Shown piece after piece: positions 10,041 through 20,117 of a stretch of 64,000 nt of DNA. Location: positions 2,400,001 through 2,464,000 of the forward strand of contig CAWBKB010000001.1 of the NCBI GenBank assembly GCA_963789265.1, given 5' to 3'. The first letter of the stretch is position 1. Every line of letters starts with the position of its first letter. This DNA is from an uncultured delta proteobacterium (lineage in GTDB: Bacteria; Desulfobacterota; Desulfomonilia; Desulfomonilales; Desulfomonilaceae). Both the position numbers and the translations under genes were made by a program. The notes under the pieces were generated by a model, which saw nothing but the letters and a program-made list of their open reading frames with translations, had not been told where the DNA came from and searched no databases.

Positions 10041-10631
10041 CTATTCTTCTTTTTTCACCCCGTGGAATAATTCGCTCCCTGCACCCGGATATACTCTACG
10101 TTCATTCTGTGGGGTGGAGCGTTCTACGGGAGGCCAGATGTTGGGCTGAGGCTCCGCTCCTTCCCGCGTTACGTCTGAGGGTTTCTTATCTCGCATCGCC
10201 GGATTCTTTCTGATCTCGGCTCCCTTGCTACTGTGGCTGAACTCAATGGGGATGTTGTTGGGATCGAATGAGTAGATCGAGTGAATGAACCCGTGGTCTA
10301 CCACTTCAGAAACCCAAAATCCCGCAGCGTCGAGCTTATCCTTGAGTTCCCACAGGTCTTCTTCCGTTTCCACCCCGAAAGAGACATGATCGAACACGAA
10401 CGGCCCTGACACCGGGGCTCCATGATCTTTTTCTGCAATAGGCTCAACCCCGGGCCATTCAAAGAAGGCAAGCAAATCGTTTTCCGAAATCTCAAAGAAG
10501 TAGTGCCGGTATCCGGGACTGCCTAAACCGGCCACGAGCCTCATGCCCAGGAGATCTCTCCAGAACCGGATGGTCTTGTCCATGTCTCCGGTAGCCATAG
10601 CCAGATGATTTACCCCGTTGAATTTTATCAT
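10041..10631 (-). CDS. VOC/glyoxalase family protein
   Basis: GVNHLAM...FWRDLLG, DHVSF, SIYSFDPNNIPIEF. Confidence 0.9.
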   Translation of the reverse strand: MIKFNGVNHLAMATGDMDKTIRFWRDLLGMRLVAGLGSPGYRHYFFEISENDLLAFFEWPGVEPIAEKDHGAPVSGPFVFDHVSFGVETEEDLWELKDKLDAAGFWVSEVVDHGFIHSIYSFDPNNIPIEFSHSSKGAEIRKNPAMRDKKPSDVTREGAEPQPNIWPPVERSTPQNERRVYPGAGSELFHGVKKEE

Positions 10632-10964
10632 GAAACCTCCTCAGTAAAGTCCTTGACGGCTGTGAGTTTCGCGTTGCCCACGCTCCAAGATTCGTGACCT
10701 TCTGATTTAGCCTCGGCCTCCTTCCTCCAAGTGCGCCAGCATTGTCTCAGAGTTGCCCGACGAACTGGTCGGTGTCAAGCGGAAGAAGCCCCGTTGCCGC
10801 CTGATTGCGTCCTGGAGTAGGGCGATCGAGGAGAGCCTGCCGGGATCACGCTTCTAACCTGGACCATGCACCGCTGCGTGCTCGTGCTGGCCTCCAGCCT
10901 CAAGAAATCAGTATGGCGCACTCGGAACTGGCCGAAATTCCGCATGAGCAACTCGAGGTCTCGT

Positions 10965-12081
10965 TCACTTGGCTTCAGATGACATGTCTACAATCGTCTG
11001 CTTACTGTCCATCGTGTTAATTTTTTTCACCTGTTTAGCGTTAAGATCAAATTTCCGTAGGTCTATCATCCTGAGGGTCTGATCATTGTAGGTTTTGTAA
11101 TAATAGCGAAGGCTTTGCGGGTCACGGGCTACAGTGAACTGTGTGTAGTCCGAATGAATAATCCCCTTCTCCACTGCTCGCGCGACTCCCAATGGTATGT
11201 CGAAATTGTTGAGGATGTGAAAGACGTGTAGGATGCCCTGGTAGGCATTCGGTGAGGGGATGGCCGCTGCGCTGAAAACTGACGCACGCACAAATCGGGA
11301 AGGCGGCGAAAAGTCACCTGGGAGCCCCAGCATACCGCTCCCTTGCCCCAAAGCCTGCAATTTCAAGCCGTTGATCTCCACCGGCGGCACGTTGCGGGGA
11401 TTAAGGGCAATGTAATTGCGCAGGTTCGTGATGTGCCAGTCAAAAGCAGGCGAGTTTGTCAGGACGCCGATACGATCGTCGTAAACCTTGAGCTTTCCAT
11501 CGACTGGTTCGATTACGATACTCGCTCCAGTGGCATCGTAAACAACATAGTGGAAAGGCGGCGCTTCCGGCCCCCAACCTTCCAGGACAGTCGGAACGAC
11601 GACGCCCTCACCGTTTTGGATGGCGCTCCGCACTTCGCCGACGGTCGCAAACTGCGTCAGTATCCAGTTTGGAAAGTCGACCGGTGACAGAGCTTTGGAG
11701 CGATTGTCCTTCGTGATCTCCGCATACTTGGCGAAAGTCGGAAAATAAAATGCGCCAACCGCCAGACCCTTTTCGTTGATGCCGTCGGAAATTGCTACAT
11801 CCTTAAACGTGATTGCCCCGACGGCAGCATATTTTGACTTGTATTTCATTCCCGGACCGCCCGGCGCTTTGGCGACAAACTCATAGCTTCGCGGAACAAT
11901 TGCGATCATCGTGTCGACAACTATGCCGAACTCTAGCGTGCGGCCATGGACGATGGTACCGTCTGAATTTCGCAGCATTATGCCGGTACAGGCCTGTGCT
12001 AATGGCTGAGGCAAGAGGTACGGACAGTATACCGACTGAAAGAACTACGACCGTGACTAACTTCGCTGCTTTTCCATTCAT
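10965..12081 (-). CDS. Choloylglycine hydrolase / penicillin V acylase family Ntn hydrolase, frameshift in signal peptide
   Basis: Mature start AQA|CTG, GRTLEF, DGINEKGL, LTNSP, LPGDFSPPSRFVR; signal peptide MNGKAAKLVTVVVLSVG from ATG 12081 is in another frame, shifting near 12015. Confidence 0.85.
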
Positions 12082-12578
12082 GGCAGACCCCCTTAGATTT
12101 GAATTATCAGGCTCGGTCACGCCCTCTTGGAGTTTTTTCGCAAGGCACACCGGTAACTCCGATGGCTCCTCAGCCCCAAGTTGGTGGCGTCGCGGTTACC
12201 GACAAGCATCCACTGAGGGACAACAGCCCCTGTCATGTAGAACAAATGGATTCTCCAGACCATTTCTGAGGCTACGTCCCAGCAATCACAAAGTCCATCA
12301 TGAATTTGTCCTTGTCCCGGACAAACCATACATCAGTTGTTCCATTTGTCCTACTAGACCTCCTTTTTTTCGGATAGCCCGGCCCAGCATTTCTTTAAAG
12401 TGGCCGACGAACTCGGCGGTGTCAAGCCCAAGAAAGTCTGCTGCCCCGGACCGCCGCCCTCTTCATTCTGTCCATCTATTCTGAGATAATCACCCCATTT
12501 CAGTCGATACAATTTCAAATCCTTCAATCGTCCTAAGGAGCGGACTCAGTTCTTGTGGGGACACTATGCGGTCTCCTC

Positions 12579-12630
12579 TTGACGGACCTCCGCCTATGGC
12601 GTATAGTGACAATTATCCGCCTATGGCGGA
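12579..12630 (+). promoter_or_regulatory. Sigma70 promoter with two operator palindromes for the TA operon
   Basis: TTGACG-N17-TATAGT (12579-12607); TCCGCCTATGGCG at 12589-12601 and TCCGCCTATGGCGGA at 12616-12630. Confidence 0.8.
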
Positions 12631-12652
12631 GTCTAATTTAGAGGTTTGAATA

Positions 12653-12970
12653 ATGGTATTCGTGGAAACAAGCAAGTTTACGAAGCAGATTACAAATTTC
12701 TTGTCGGATGACGAATATGCGGAACTTCAGTCTGCACTGGTGGCAAACCCTGAACTTGGGGATAAGATCGTAGGCACTGGGGGACTCAGGAAATTACGCT
12801 GGGGAAGCATTACAAAAGGCAAGGGTAAAAGCGGCGGCGTCCGGGTCATTTATTACTGGCTCGTCCAAACCGACCAGATCGCAATGATGTATCTGTATGG
12901 TAAGGATGAGCAGGACAATCTCACGAGCGAACAACGAAAACGACTGAAACGGCTGATCGAAACTCTGTAA
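12653..12970 (+). CDS. RelE/HigB-family toxin
   Basis: GDKIVGTGGLRKLRW, GKSGGVRVIYY, LYGKDEQDNLT. Confidence 0.9.
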   Translation: MVFVETSKFTKQITNFLSDDEYAELQSALVANPELGDKIVGTGGLRKLRWGSITKGKGKSGGVRVIYYWLVQTDQIAMMYLYGKDEQDNLTSEQRKRLKRLIETL

Positions 12971-13031
12971 GAATGTCATGGTGAAAATATAGATTAAAAT
13001 GTCAATATGAAAAGATGTAAAGGTGAATCAT

Positions 13032-13346
13032 ATGAAAAAAGAACTATTTGAAGATCTATTCGAGAGCGTACAGGAGGGCGTGTCTATCCTGAAAGGTGAC
13101 AAAAAGCCTTCCAGGACTTTTGTTGTAGATGTTCCGGATGTGAAAGACATACGGAAAAAACAAAAGCTATCTCAGACTGAATTGGCTTCACTAATCGGGA
13201 TCAGCGTCAAAACCCTCCAGAATTGGGAACAACGGAGACGGGTCCCACGAGGACCTGCTGTGAGGTTACTGCAAATTATTTCGACAGACCTAAATGCCGT
13301 TCGTAAGGCATTGGAGAAGAGGAAAAAGACTAAGAGTGCTGCTTGA
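13032..13346 (+). CDS. HigA-type XRE HTH antitoxin
   Basis: LSQTELASLIGISVKTLQNWEQ..R.PRGPA; downstream of the toxin. Confidence 0.9.
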   Translation: MKKELFEDLFESVQEGVSILKGDKKPSRTFVVDVPDVKDIRKKQKLSQTELASLIGISVKTLQNWEQRRRVPRGPAVRLLQIISTDLNAVRKALEKRKKTKSAA

Positions 13347-13385
13347 CTGTCCAGCTTGCGTTGGATCGATGAAAATGAGAGGTCG

Positions 13386-13489
13386 GGTCTTGCTTTTTGC
13401 ATCACAGAGGTCGCCGCGCGGGTTCGGCTCCGTTGCTTCACGGTCAGTAGGACTGTTCGAGCGAAAAGGAGGAATCAAAAAACAAGGCC
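13386..13489 (+). repeat. 104-bp direct repeat, copy 1
   Basis: Ungapped match to 14963-15066 with about 14 mismatches. Confidence 0.85.
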
Positions 13490-13582
13490 TGACCACGTCA
13501 TTTCTAAACAGGGTTGATTACCGTGCCAATCCCGGGCAATCCGCTCAGGCCCGTCAGTACCCGACTTCTTCAAACGCGACCG

Positions 13583-14227
13583 CTATTTGCCACTTGTCTT
13601 GGCCGTGATCTGAAAAAGTGTTGCCAGATGGAGCATGATGAACAGGGGCGCCAGATATGCCGGGATTAGAATCAGAGGCAAATGAGCCATTGGAGCCGTG
13701 GTGACTGCACCGGTGATGCCCGGCGCGAGACCGGAACTTAGCGCCCCAGTCGTGACTGCAACAATGAGGTCCAGTATCCCGAAGAGATTCCACACCACAA
13801 ACAGCGGGCTGACCTTGAAGTCGGGACACTGAATGAGGGCAAGTATGACCCAAGGCGCGGTGATCCCAATGGCCATGTCGCCGAGTCCCGCGGGCCAAGC
13901 AAAGAAACCGGGCAGCACCCCTTGGGCATAGAGAGCCAGAAATCCAAGACCGGCAAACCTCCAAGCTTGCATCCCCGCCATCAGGCGAAGATCCGCGGAC
14001 AACACGAAGCTATGAAAGGATCGCGACAATCTGTACGCCGCGAGAAACACGATGATGGGGGCCGTCACCCCGATAATGATTGGAACGGGAACGCTCCCCG
14101 GCGGTCTGGCAATTGCACCGATCGCCCCAAGGACAAAAACTACGGCTAGCCAAACGATAAGCACTCCTCCCGTGATCGTTTTCGTGATGCGGTCCATGAT
14201 TTCCTCACCCTTTGCTGCTGATCCCAT
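13583..14227 (-). CDS. Multi-pass membrane protein of unknown function
   Basis: About 6 TM helices; QAWRFAG, FAWPAGLGD, LIPAYLAP; RBS AGAGGAG before ATG 14227. Confidence 0.75.
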   Translation of the reverse strand: MGSAAKGEEIMDRITKTITGGVLIVWLAVVFVLGAIGAIARPPGSVPVPIIIGVTAPIIVFLAAYRLSRSFHSFVLSADLRLMAGMQAWRFAGLGFLALYAQGVLPGFFAWPAGLGDMAIGITAPWVILALIQCPDFKVSPLFVVWNLFGILDLIVAVTTGALSSGLAPGITGAVTTAPMAHLPLILIPAYLAPLFIMLHLATLFQITAKTSGK

Positions 14228-14246
14228 GTTGTGCTCCTCTCGATTA

Positions 14247-14262
14247 AGGTGTAAATACACCT
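14247..14262. promoter_or_regulatory. Putative MarR operator
   Basis: AGGTGTAAATACACCT near-palindrome, related to 14803-14820. Confidence 0.65.
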
Positions 14263-14276
14263 ATATAGACAAATAA

Positions 14277-14756
14277 TTACGTGAGAGCTGTCAGATCGGC
14301 AAATCCTTCCAACAGAGAAGTCCAGCGATCTTCTCCCAATTCTCCGACTACTTCAGCCTGCGCCTTTTGCCAAAGGGGGAAAGCCGCAACTAGTGCGGTG
14401 TGTCCTTGTTCGGTAAGAGACAGCTTTCGAGTGCGAAGGTCGTCACCCGGCTCTACGTCAATCATCCCTTTCTTGTTCAATAAGGAAACATTGCGGCTCA
14501 GGGTTGTTCGATCCATAACAATAGCCTTGCCGAGCCGCTTGATGGTTACCGGTTCGAGAATCCTGATAGCTGTAAGAAGAGTCATTTGGGTTACTCTTAA
14601 GCCGCAGGGCTTTAGCGCGGCATCGTAAATGCTCGTGACTCGCCTGGTGGCTTTCCGGAGATTAAAACAGGTACAGGACTTACTTATGTCTAGAGCGGAA
14701 TTGAGCGGGAGTGTCTCCGGATTTGCTGATACCTCTCGTTTCTTTTCACGGTCCAA
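14277..14756 (-). CDS. MarR family transcriptional regulator
   Basis: CTCFNLRKATR, YDAALKPCGL..TQ, MDRTTLSRN, DLRTR.LSLT..G. Confidence 0.9.
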   Translation of the reverse strand: MDREKKREVSANPETLPLNSALDISKSCTCFNLRKATRRVTSIYDAALKPCGLRVTQMTLLTAIRILEPVTIKRLGKAIVMDRTTLSRNVSLLNKKGMIDVEPGDDLRTRKLSLTEQGHTALVAAFPLWQKAQAEVVGELGEDRWTSLLEGFADLTALT

Positions 14757-14802
14757 CTTTCATCTCCGAATGATCTCGGGTGCTGGCGGTTAAGTCATGC
14801 GC

Positions 14803-14820
14803 TAAGTGTAATTACACTTA
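14803..14820. promoter_or_regulatory. Putative MarR operator
   Basis: Perfect 18-bp palindrome TAAGTGTAATTACACTTA just downstream of a minus-strand TTGACA. Confidence 0.7.
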
Positions 14821-14962
14821 TACGCGTTGTCAAGAACGAGATGAAGCAGTTCCGAAATCTCCACGTCCTGGGGAATTCAAGCCGCCGACTCTCGAAGAAA
14901 GTTCTCGATTTTCGAATCCAGATTCCGTGCGACAGCGAGGGCATCCTTTACGATATCGGGTA

Positions 14963-15066
14963 GGTCTTGCCTTTTGCATCAGAGAGGTCGCCGCGCGGGT
15001 TCGGCTGCGTTACTTCACAGTCGGCAGGGCGGTACGCGCGAAAAGGAGAAATCAAGAAAGAAGGCC
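14963..15066 (+). repeat. 104-bp direct repeat, copy 2
   Basis: Matches 13386-13489. Confidence 0.85.
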
Positions 15067-15345
15067 CCGTCATTTCCTTGTCCATCAGGGATGATGATCT
15101 TGTCCGGGCGATTGATATGATGCAGTTCGATACGGGCGAGACGGAAATTTGGATGAAGAAATGATGGTCAGGGGGGGAGAGCTCGTCGGGCGGGATTTTT
15201 GGAAGGGGCGAATTCAAGAAAATTGAGCCCTTCATTTTCAACAAGCGACCCTTAATGGAGGATGAATCGTTTGTCTCTGGTCGTGCATCAAATACTCCGG
15301 GAGTGGAACGTTCGGAGATAGGTGCAATTCGGGGAGGACATCAAG

Positions 15346-16047
15346 ATGAAAAACTTAAGTAAAGTAGGTATTGGCGCAATCCCCCTTGTATTACTTCTAT
15401 TTATGATTTCAGGAGTTGCTAGAAGTGAGGAAGCACCTGCGATTCCAGCAGGTGCTAAGGCTTCCGTGGCCAAGGTTTCGGCAAATAGGAACTGTCTATT
15501 AGTACGTAGCCAGGCTGGTGAGTCTTCAAGAGTGGTCGGCTGTCTTCAGCGATGTAGGAAAGCAACCCTGACAGGTAATTCAAATGGCACATGGGTACAG
15601 ATATCTGCCCCCATATCTGGCTGGGTCAATGGGTTGTTCTTAGATCCTAATCCAAGAATATGTAATTTAGGGTCATATGCCGGGGTAGCTCCATATGATG
15701 GCCCAGATCCCAGCCTGTATCCAGAGGACTATTTTGACTGGTGGAGTTCTCCTGGATGTGCTTGGTACTGGCGTTGGTGGTGGCATTACAGACACAATCG
15801 ATACCATTTCTTCGCCCATCATCATCCTGGGAAACATCACGGTCACTACAAATCTGCCCATGCTGGGCACCATCCGGCTTACCATGCTGTACGCCATTTT
15901 GAAAAACCTCACCATGGTGGAAAACACGGTGGAAACAAATTCGCTAGACCTCAGCATAGTGCAAAGAGATTCGATGGGCATCACCGTCGAGGTGGATTCC
16001 ATAGAGCCGCTGGCCATGGTGGAAGACATGGTGAAAGACACCGATGA
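15346..16047 (+). CDS. Secreted SH3-like protein with His/Gly/Arg-rich tail
   Basis: Signal peptide; LLVRSQAG..SRVVG.L...WVQI..PISGWV (SH3b-like); W/Y-rich linker; His-rich C-terminus. Confidence 0.7.
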   Translation: MKNLSKVGIGAIPLVLLLFMISGVARSEEAPAIPAGAKASVAKVSANRNCLLVRSQAGESSRVVGCLQRCRKATLTGNSNGTWVQISAPISGWVNGLFLDPNPRICNLGSYAGVAPYDGPDPSLYPEDYFDWWSSPGCAWYWRWWWHYRHNRYHFFAHHHPGKHHGHYKSAHAGHHPAYHAVRHFEKPHHGGKHGGNKFARPQHSAKRFDGHHRRGGFHRAAGHGGRHGERHR

Positions 16048-16344
16048 GCTAGTTTAATCAACCGAATCTGATGAGATAGCATCTTCTGGGATTAAACGCC
16101 GTTTCAGGTTGGTCCTGGAAGGCCTACGACAGAGAAGAAGCAGAGTGTGTTCACCACAATCTGCCGAGGGATATGTGATGGATGTGTTACATAACGATAA
16201 TGCTTACTGATGCACAGCCATTGAGAGAGTGCAATGATGAAGAGAAATCTTTCGATAACTTTGCTCCTGGTTTTGATCGTTAGCTTGGCCGCGGTCACAT
16301 TCGTACGGGCGGATGCCAAGACCGAGCAGGAGGTCAAGCTCGCG

Positions 16345-16436
16345 TAGCGACTGTGTTGATTGTCAAGCAAAAACTTCTCGACAAGGTTGTCGGTCCCTGA
16401 GGACGGCATTTGCAATGACAAGCAACACAGTCGCTA
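16345..16436. mobile_element. 92-bp MITE-like element
   Basis: TIR TAGCGACTGTGTTG(A/C)TTGTCA (20/21 match), flanked on both sides by CGCG. Confidence 0.65.
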
Positions 16437-16466
16437 CGCGGGCAGCGATGCGGACGACGCGCCACC

Positions 16467-17249
16467 TTAGAACGGTATATCGTTTTCAGGCTCATCGTCT
16501 TTAGAGCGAGCCTTTTTCCTGAGCACGAACAGCGACTCATTCTGCTCCACCCAATCCCAGCCGTCAGAAGTCAAACGTGCTGCGTCATACGGCCCTCCCT
16601 GTTCGTCGTATTCTTTAATGGTTTCGATCAGCCGCTTGCTGATAAGTCGTCTGAAACCCAGAGAAAATCCAATTGGTGTCAGACCCAACCGTTCAACATC
16701 GTTCTTGAGTGACCAAACGCTTGTGTTCGAATCCGGAAGTCCAGTTTCGCCAGCCAATACGGCTAGTACCATCAGTTCTGGCTGGCTCAAACCTTGAGTC
16801 GGTGCGACTTGTTCGGATTCGACGATCCGACGCAGAGCCTCTGTCTTATTCAAGAGCGCCCTGATCCTGTCCGTGACATCATTGCGTAGCTTGTTGAAAT
16901 CGCTTGGAGCCTCGGATTTGTAATTGATGACTGTCCTGTGTTGTATGTCGAATGGGTATTTTCGCGTTGTCCGTTCTTCAGAACAAACCATTACCACCGG
17001 ACGGTCTGCCGCGAACGCGTAACCTAGTTCGTACCAGACATTCGGGTTATCGGTAGTAATGTCGGCTAAGCAAATTGCGGCATTTCGAATCCCATCTTCG
17101 ATTGCCTCGATTGGAATCTCGACCTTCGGATCACGATCAACCCGATACGCTTCCAGCCCGGCTGCCTTGATCGCAGGCTTATATACGCCGTCGAATCGCT
17201 TGTCAAACTTGCCCGAATCGAAGGGCTGAATTACGAAGCACATTGCCAT
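16467..17249 (-). CDS. Nucleoside 2-deoxyribosyltransferase-like domain protein with C-terminal winged-helix-like region
   Basis: CFVIQPF...ADITTDNPNVWYELGYAFA...PFDIQH. Confidence 0.7.
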   Translation of the reverse strand: MAMCFVIQPFDSGKFDKRFDGVYKPAIKAAGLEAYRVDRDPKVEIPIEAIEDGIRNAAICLADITTDNPNVWYELGYAFAADRPVVMVCSEERTTRKYPFDIQHRTVINYKSEAPSDFNKLRNDVTDRIRALLNKTEALRRIVESEQVAPTQGLSQPELMVLAVLAGETGLPDSNTSVWSLKNDVERLGLTPIGFSLGFRRLISKRLIETIKEYDEQGGPYDAARLTSDGWDWVEQNESLFVLRKKARSKDDEPENDIPF

Positions 17250-17384
17250 TAGTGTTCCCTATGAAGCTAACTTCGCTTGCAGGACACGCCATCCATCATC
17301 CGTTGACCCCGTCGAGGCACAATGTGGCCTTACGCGGTTCATTTTCCCTTGGGGCCCTCTGAGGGCCCTGGATTCCATAGTCAA

Positions 17385-17420
17385 CAAAAACAGGGGAGCT
17401 GAGACTTCTCAACTCCCCTG
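17385..17420 (-). terminator. Rho-independent terminator after tRNA-Glu
   Basis: CAGGGGAG/CTCCCCTG stem followed by a T-run on the minus strand. Confidence 0.75.
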
Positions 17421-17438
17421 TGATATTGGTGTCTTATT

Positions 17439-17516
<78 letters not shown>

Positions 17517-17588
17517 GTGTTTGCGACTCATTTATGCGAGATACTCAACCTGCAAAAAAATCGGCAACCAATAGCACAGACGGTATGG

Positions 17589-17664
17589 TGGTGGGCCGTG
17601 CTGGGCTCGAACCAGCGACTCTCTGCTTAAAAGGCAGATACTCTACCGCCTGAGTTAACGGCCC
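17589..17664 (-). tRNA. tRNA-Lys(TTT)
   Basis: GGGCCGTTAACTCAG...TCTGC CT TTT AA GCAGA...GGTTCGAGCCC...ACGGCCCACCA. Confidence 0.97.
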
Positions 17665-18050
17665 CAATTTGCGCACTAGATGACTGTGCCCATAAACTTG
17701 ATCCAAGCACCCTACTTTAGCTCATCACCGTAGCCTAAGCTATAAATTAAAGCATAGGTGAAAACTTAATGTCAAGGGCGATGACGACTGGGCAGTGTCC
17801 TAATTTAGTATACTGCCGTCATCCCGGTGAACGCCGGAATCCAGTCCCGAGGCCACGCGGGATGGACCCCGGACCAAAGTCGAGGGCGACGGTTTGCAAA
17901 AACCGCCCCAGGTGGCGCAAATTAGGACACCACCTACGATCGAACCTCCCCATTGTAATCGCTTGACTATAGTTGAATCAACAGAGCGCTTGAACAGACA
18001 AGGATTATCGTGTATTGACCGAAACACGATGAGTCCGGGCAGGAGGTCAC

Positions 18051-19149
18051 ATGGAGAGGCGTAGGCTAAAGGTAGCATTGATTTTCGGCGGCCGGTCTGC
18101 CGAACATGAAGTATCGTTGCGTTCGGCATGCTCCATCTTCGAGGCGATGGATACAGACAAGTACGACGTCGCTCCGGTACTGATAACTCGTGAAGGTGCG
18201 TGGTATTGGCGACCCGCCGAAATAGCGTGCTTTGACCGGAAGTCGCGTGTGTCGGAAAACGACAGACTTCTGTTTTCTCCCGATCCTCGTCATAAGGGAT
18301 TTCTCCGCATAAATGCTGATGGGCGAATCGAGCCCAGGTCATTTGACGTAGTTTTCCCTGTTCTGCACGGGACCTTCGGAGAAGATGGCACGCTTCAGGG
18401 GCTATTGGATCTTGCGAACATGCCCTATGTCGGTTGTGGAGTCCTGGCATCAGCCGTAGGAATGGACAAGGTCCTTATGAAGGCGGCTTTTCGAGATAGC
18501 GGCTTACAGATCGGGCCTTTCTTCTGGTTCCTGCGTTCGGAATGGGAGGATAACAGGCCTGCCATAATCGAGAGGATGAGACAGAGCAAGTTTCCGCTTT
18601 TCGTGAAGCCCGCAAATCTTGGATCGTCTGTAGGAATAACTCGTGTGTCGGATGCTTCCGGCTTTGATGCCGCGGTGGCCCTGGCAGCGTCATACGATCG
18701 AAAGATCCTGGTGGAAGACGGCATTCCCGGCCGGGAGTTGGAGGTCAGCGTATTGGGGAACGATCGGGCCGCGGCGAGCCTGCCCGGGGAGGTGATCGCT
18801 CACTCGGATTTTTACGACTATGAAGAGAAGTATGTTCGCGGTACCCGCGGAATTGATCATCCCTGCTAATATGTCCGAATCGCAAAGAGAGGAAGCCCGG
18901 TCGGCCGCGGTGGCCGCATTCAGAGCGGTTGACGGGTCCGGGCTGGCCAGAGTTGACATGTTCCTGACTCCGGAAAACCGCATTGTGGTCAATGAGATCA
19001 ATACCCTACCGGGCTTCACGTCAGCCAGCATGTATCCCAAGCTCTGGGAGGCTACGGGTTTGCCTTACACAGACCTCATCGACAAGTTGATAGATCTGGC
19101 GCTGGAGAGGCACAGCGACAAGCAACGCATTCGGACGGACAGACAGTAA
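18051..19149 (+). CDS. ddl: D-alanine--D-alanine ligase (frameshift near 18844-18846)
   Basis: [38 protein letters not shown] in one frame; [14 protein letters not shown] in another; removing one C of accc restores the frame. Confidence 0.9.
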
Positions 19150-19151
19150 TA

Positions 19152-20117
19152 ATGAAGGCCATGATCCTTGCTGCCGGCCTGGGCACACGTCTGCGGCCTT
19201 TGACCTTGGAACGCGCCAAACCGGCAATTCCGCTTCTGGGCAAGCCGCTGGTGATCAGTCTGATTGAAAAATTGATGCAGCACGGAGCCACTGATTTTCG
19301 TCTGAATCTACACCATCTGCCCTGCACCATCGAAGATCTTTTCCTTACGCCTCCCTGGGATAGCCTGCCTGTCTCCTTTTCGCACGAACCCCGGATTCTG
19401 GGTACTGCCGGCGGGCTCAAGGCCAATGAAGCGTTTTTCGATCAGGGGACATTTCTTATGGTCAACGGTGACATCGTGCTGGAATTTCCGCTGGAAGACG
19501 CAATAGCCTTTCATAGGGACCGACGGGCGCTGGCTACGCTGGTTTTATATCCGCAGCAAGCGCCTTATCGCTATTCCCCTATTCGCGTCGACGATGAGGG
19601 TCACTTCCGGCACTTCAAAGGGATCCGGCCGGGCAAGCCCCCTCTTCCGGGAACGTATGTGTTCACAGGAGTCCACATATTGGAGCCCGAGATCTTTCGG
19701 CTTGTCCCCAGGGGCGAGTTCTACGAGATTAACGATCAAGTTTACACAGATGGGTTGGAGAGGGGAGAGAAAATATACGGTTTTCCTGTTGATGGTTATT
19801 GGAACGATCTGGGAACCCCGAGACGCTACCTGGACGCTCAAAAGGCACTATTCCAGCGCGAAGCAACTACACCGCCCGTACACATCTCACCTGGCGCCAG
19901 TCTGGCTGACTACGTCGCATTCAGCCCTTATGTATCTGTGGGATCGGGATGCGTCTTGGAACGCGATTCGTTTCTGGAAAACTCCATTCTCTGGGACAAA
20001 GTCCGTGTGAGAAACCGAGCCTCGATCCGAGATTGCATCGTGGGCGCGGACATGACCGTGGAGAGTGATTGCACCGGGAAAATCTTGACGCGAAACGGTG
20101 AGGCCGCGATTGTCTGA
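19152..20117 (+). CDS. NDP-sugar nucleotidyltransferase (MurU-like)
   Basis: MKAMILAAGLGTRLRPLT, LGTAGG, VNGD, YWNDLGTP; paired with a kinase. Confidence 0.8.
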   Translation: MKAMILAAGLGTRLRPLTLERAKPAIPLLGKPLVISLIEKLMQHGATDFRLNLHHLPCTIEDLFLTPPWDSLPVSFSHEPRILGTAGGLKANEAFFDQGTFLMVNGDIVLEFPLEDAIAFHRDRRALATLVLYPQQAPYRYSPIRVDDEGHFRHFKGIRPGKPPLPGTYVFTGVHILEPEIFRLVPRGEFYEINDQVYTDGLERGEKIYGFPVDGYWNDLGTPRRYLDAQKALFQREATTPPVHISPGASLADYVAFSPYVSVGSGCVLERDSFLENSILWDKVRVRNRASIRDCIVGADMTVESDCTGKILTRNGEAAIV

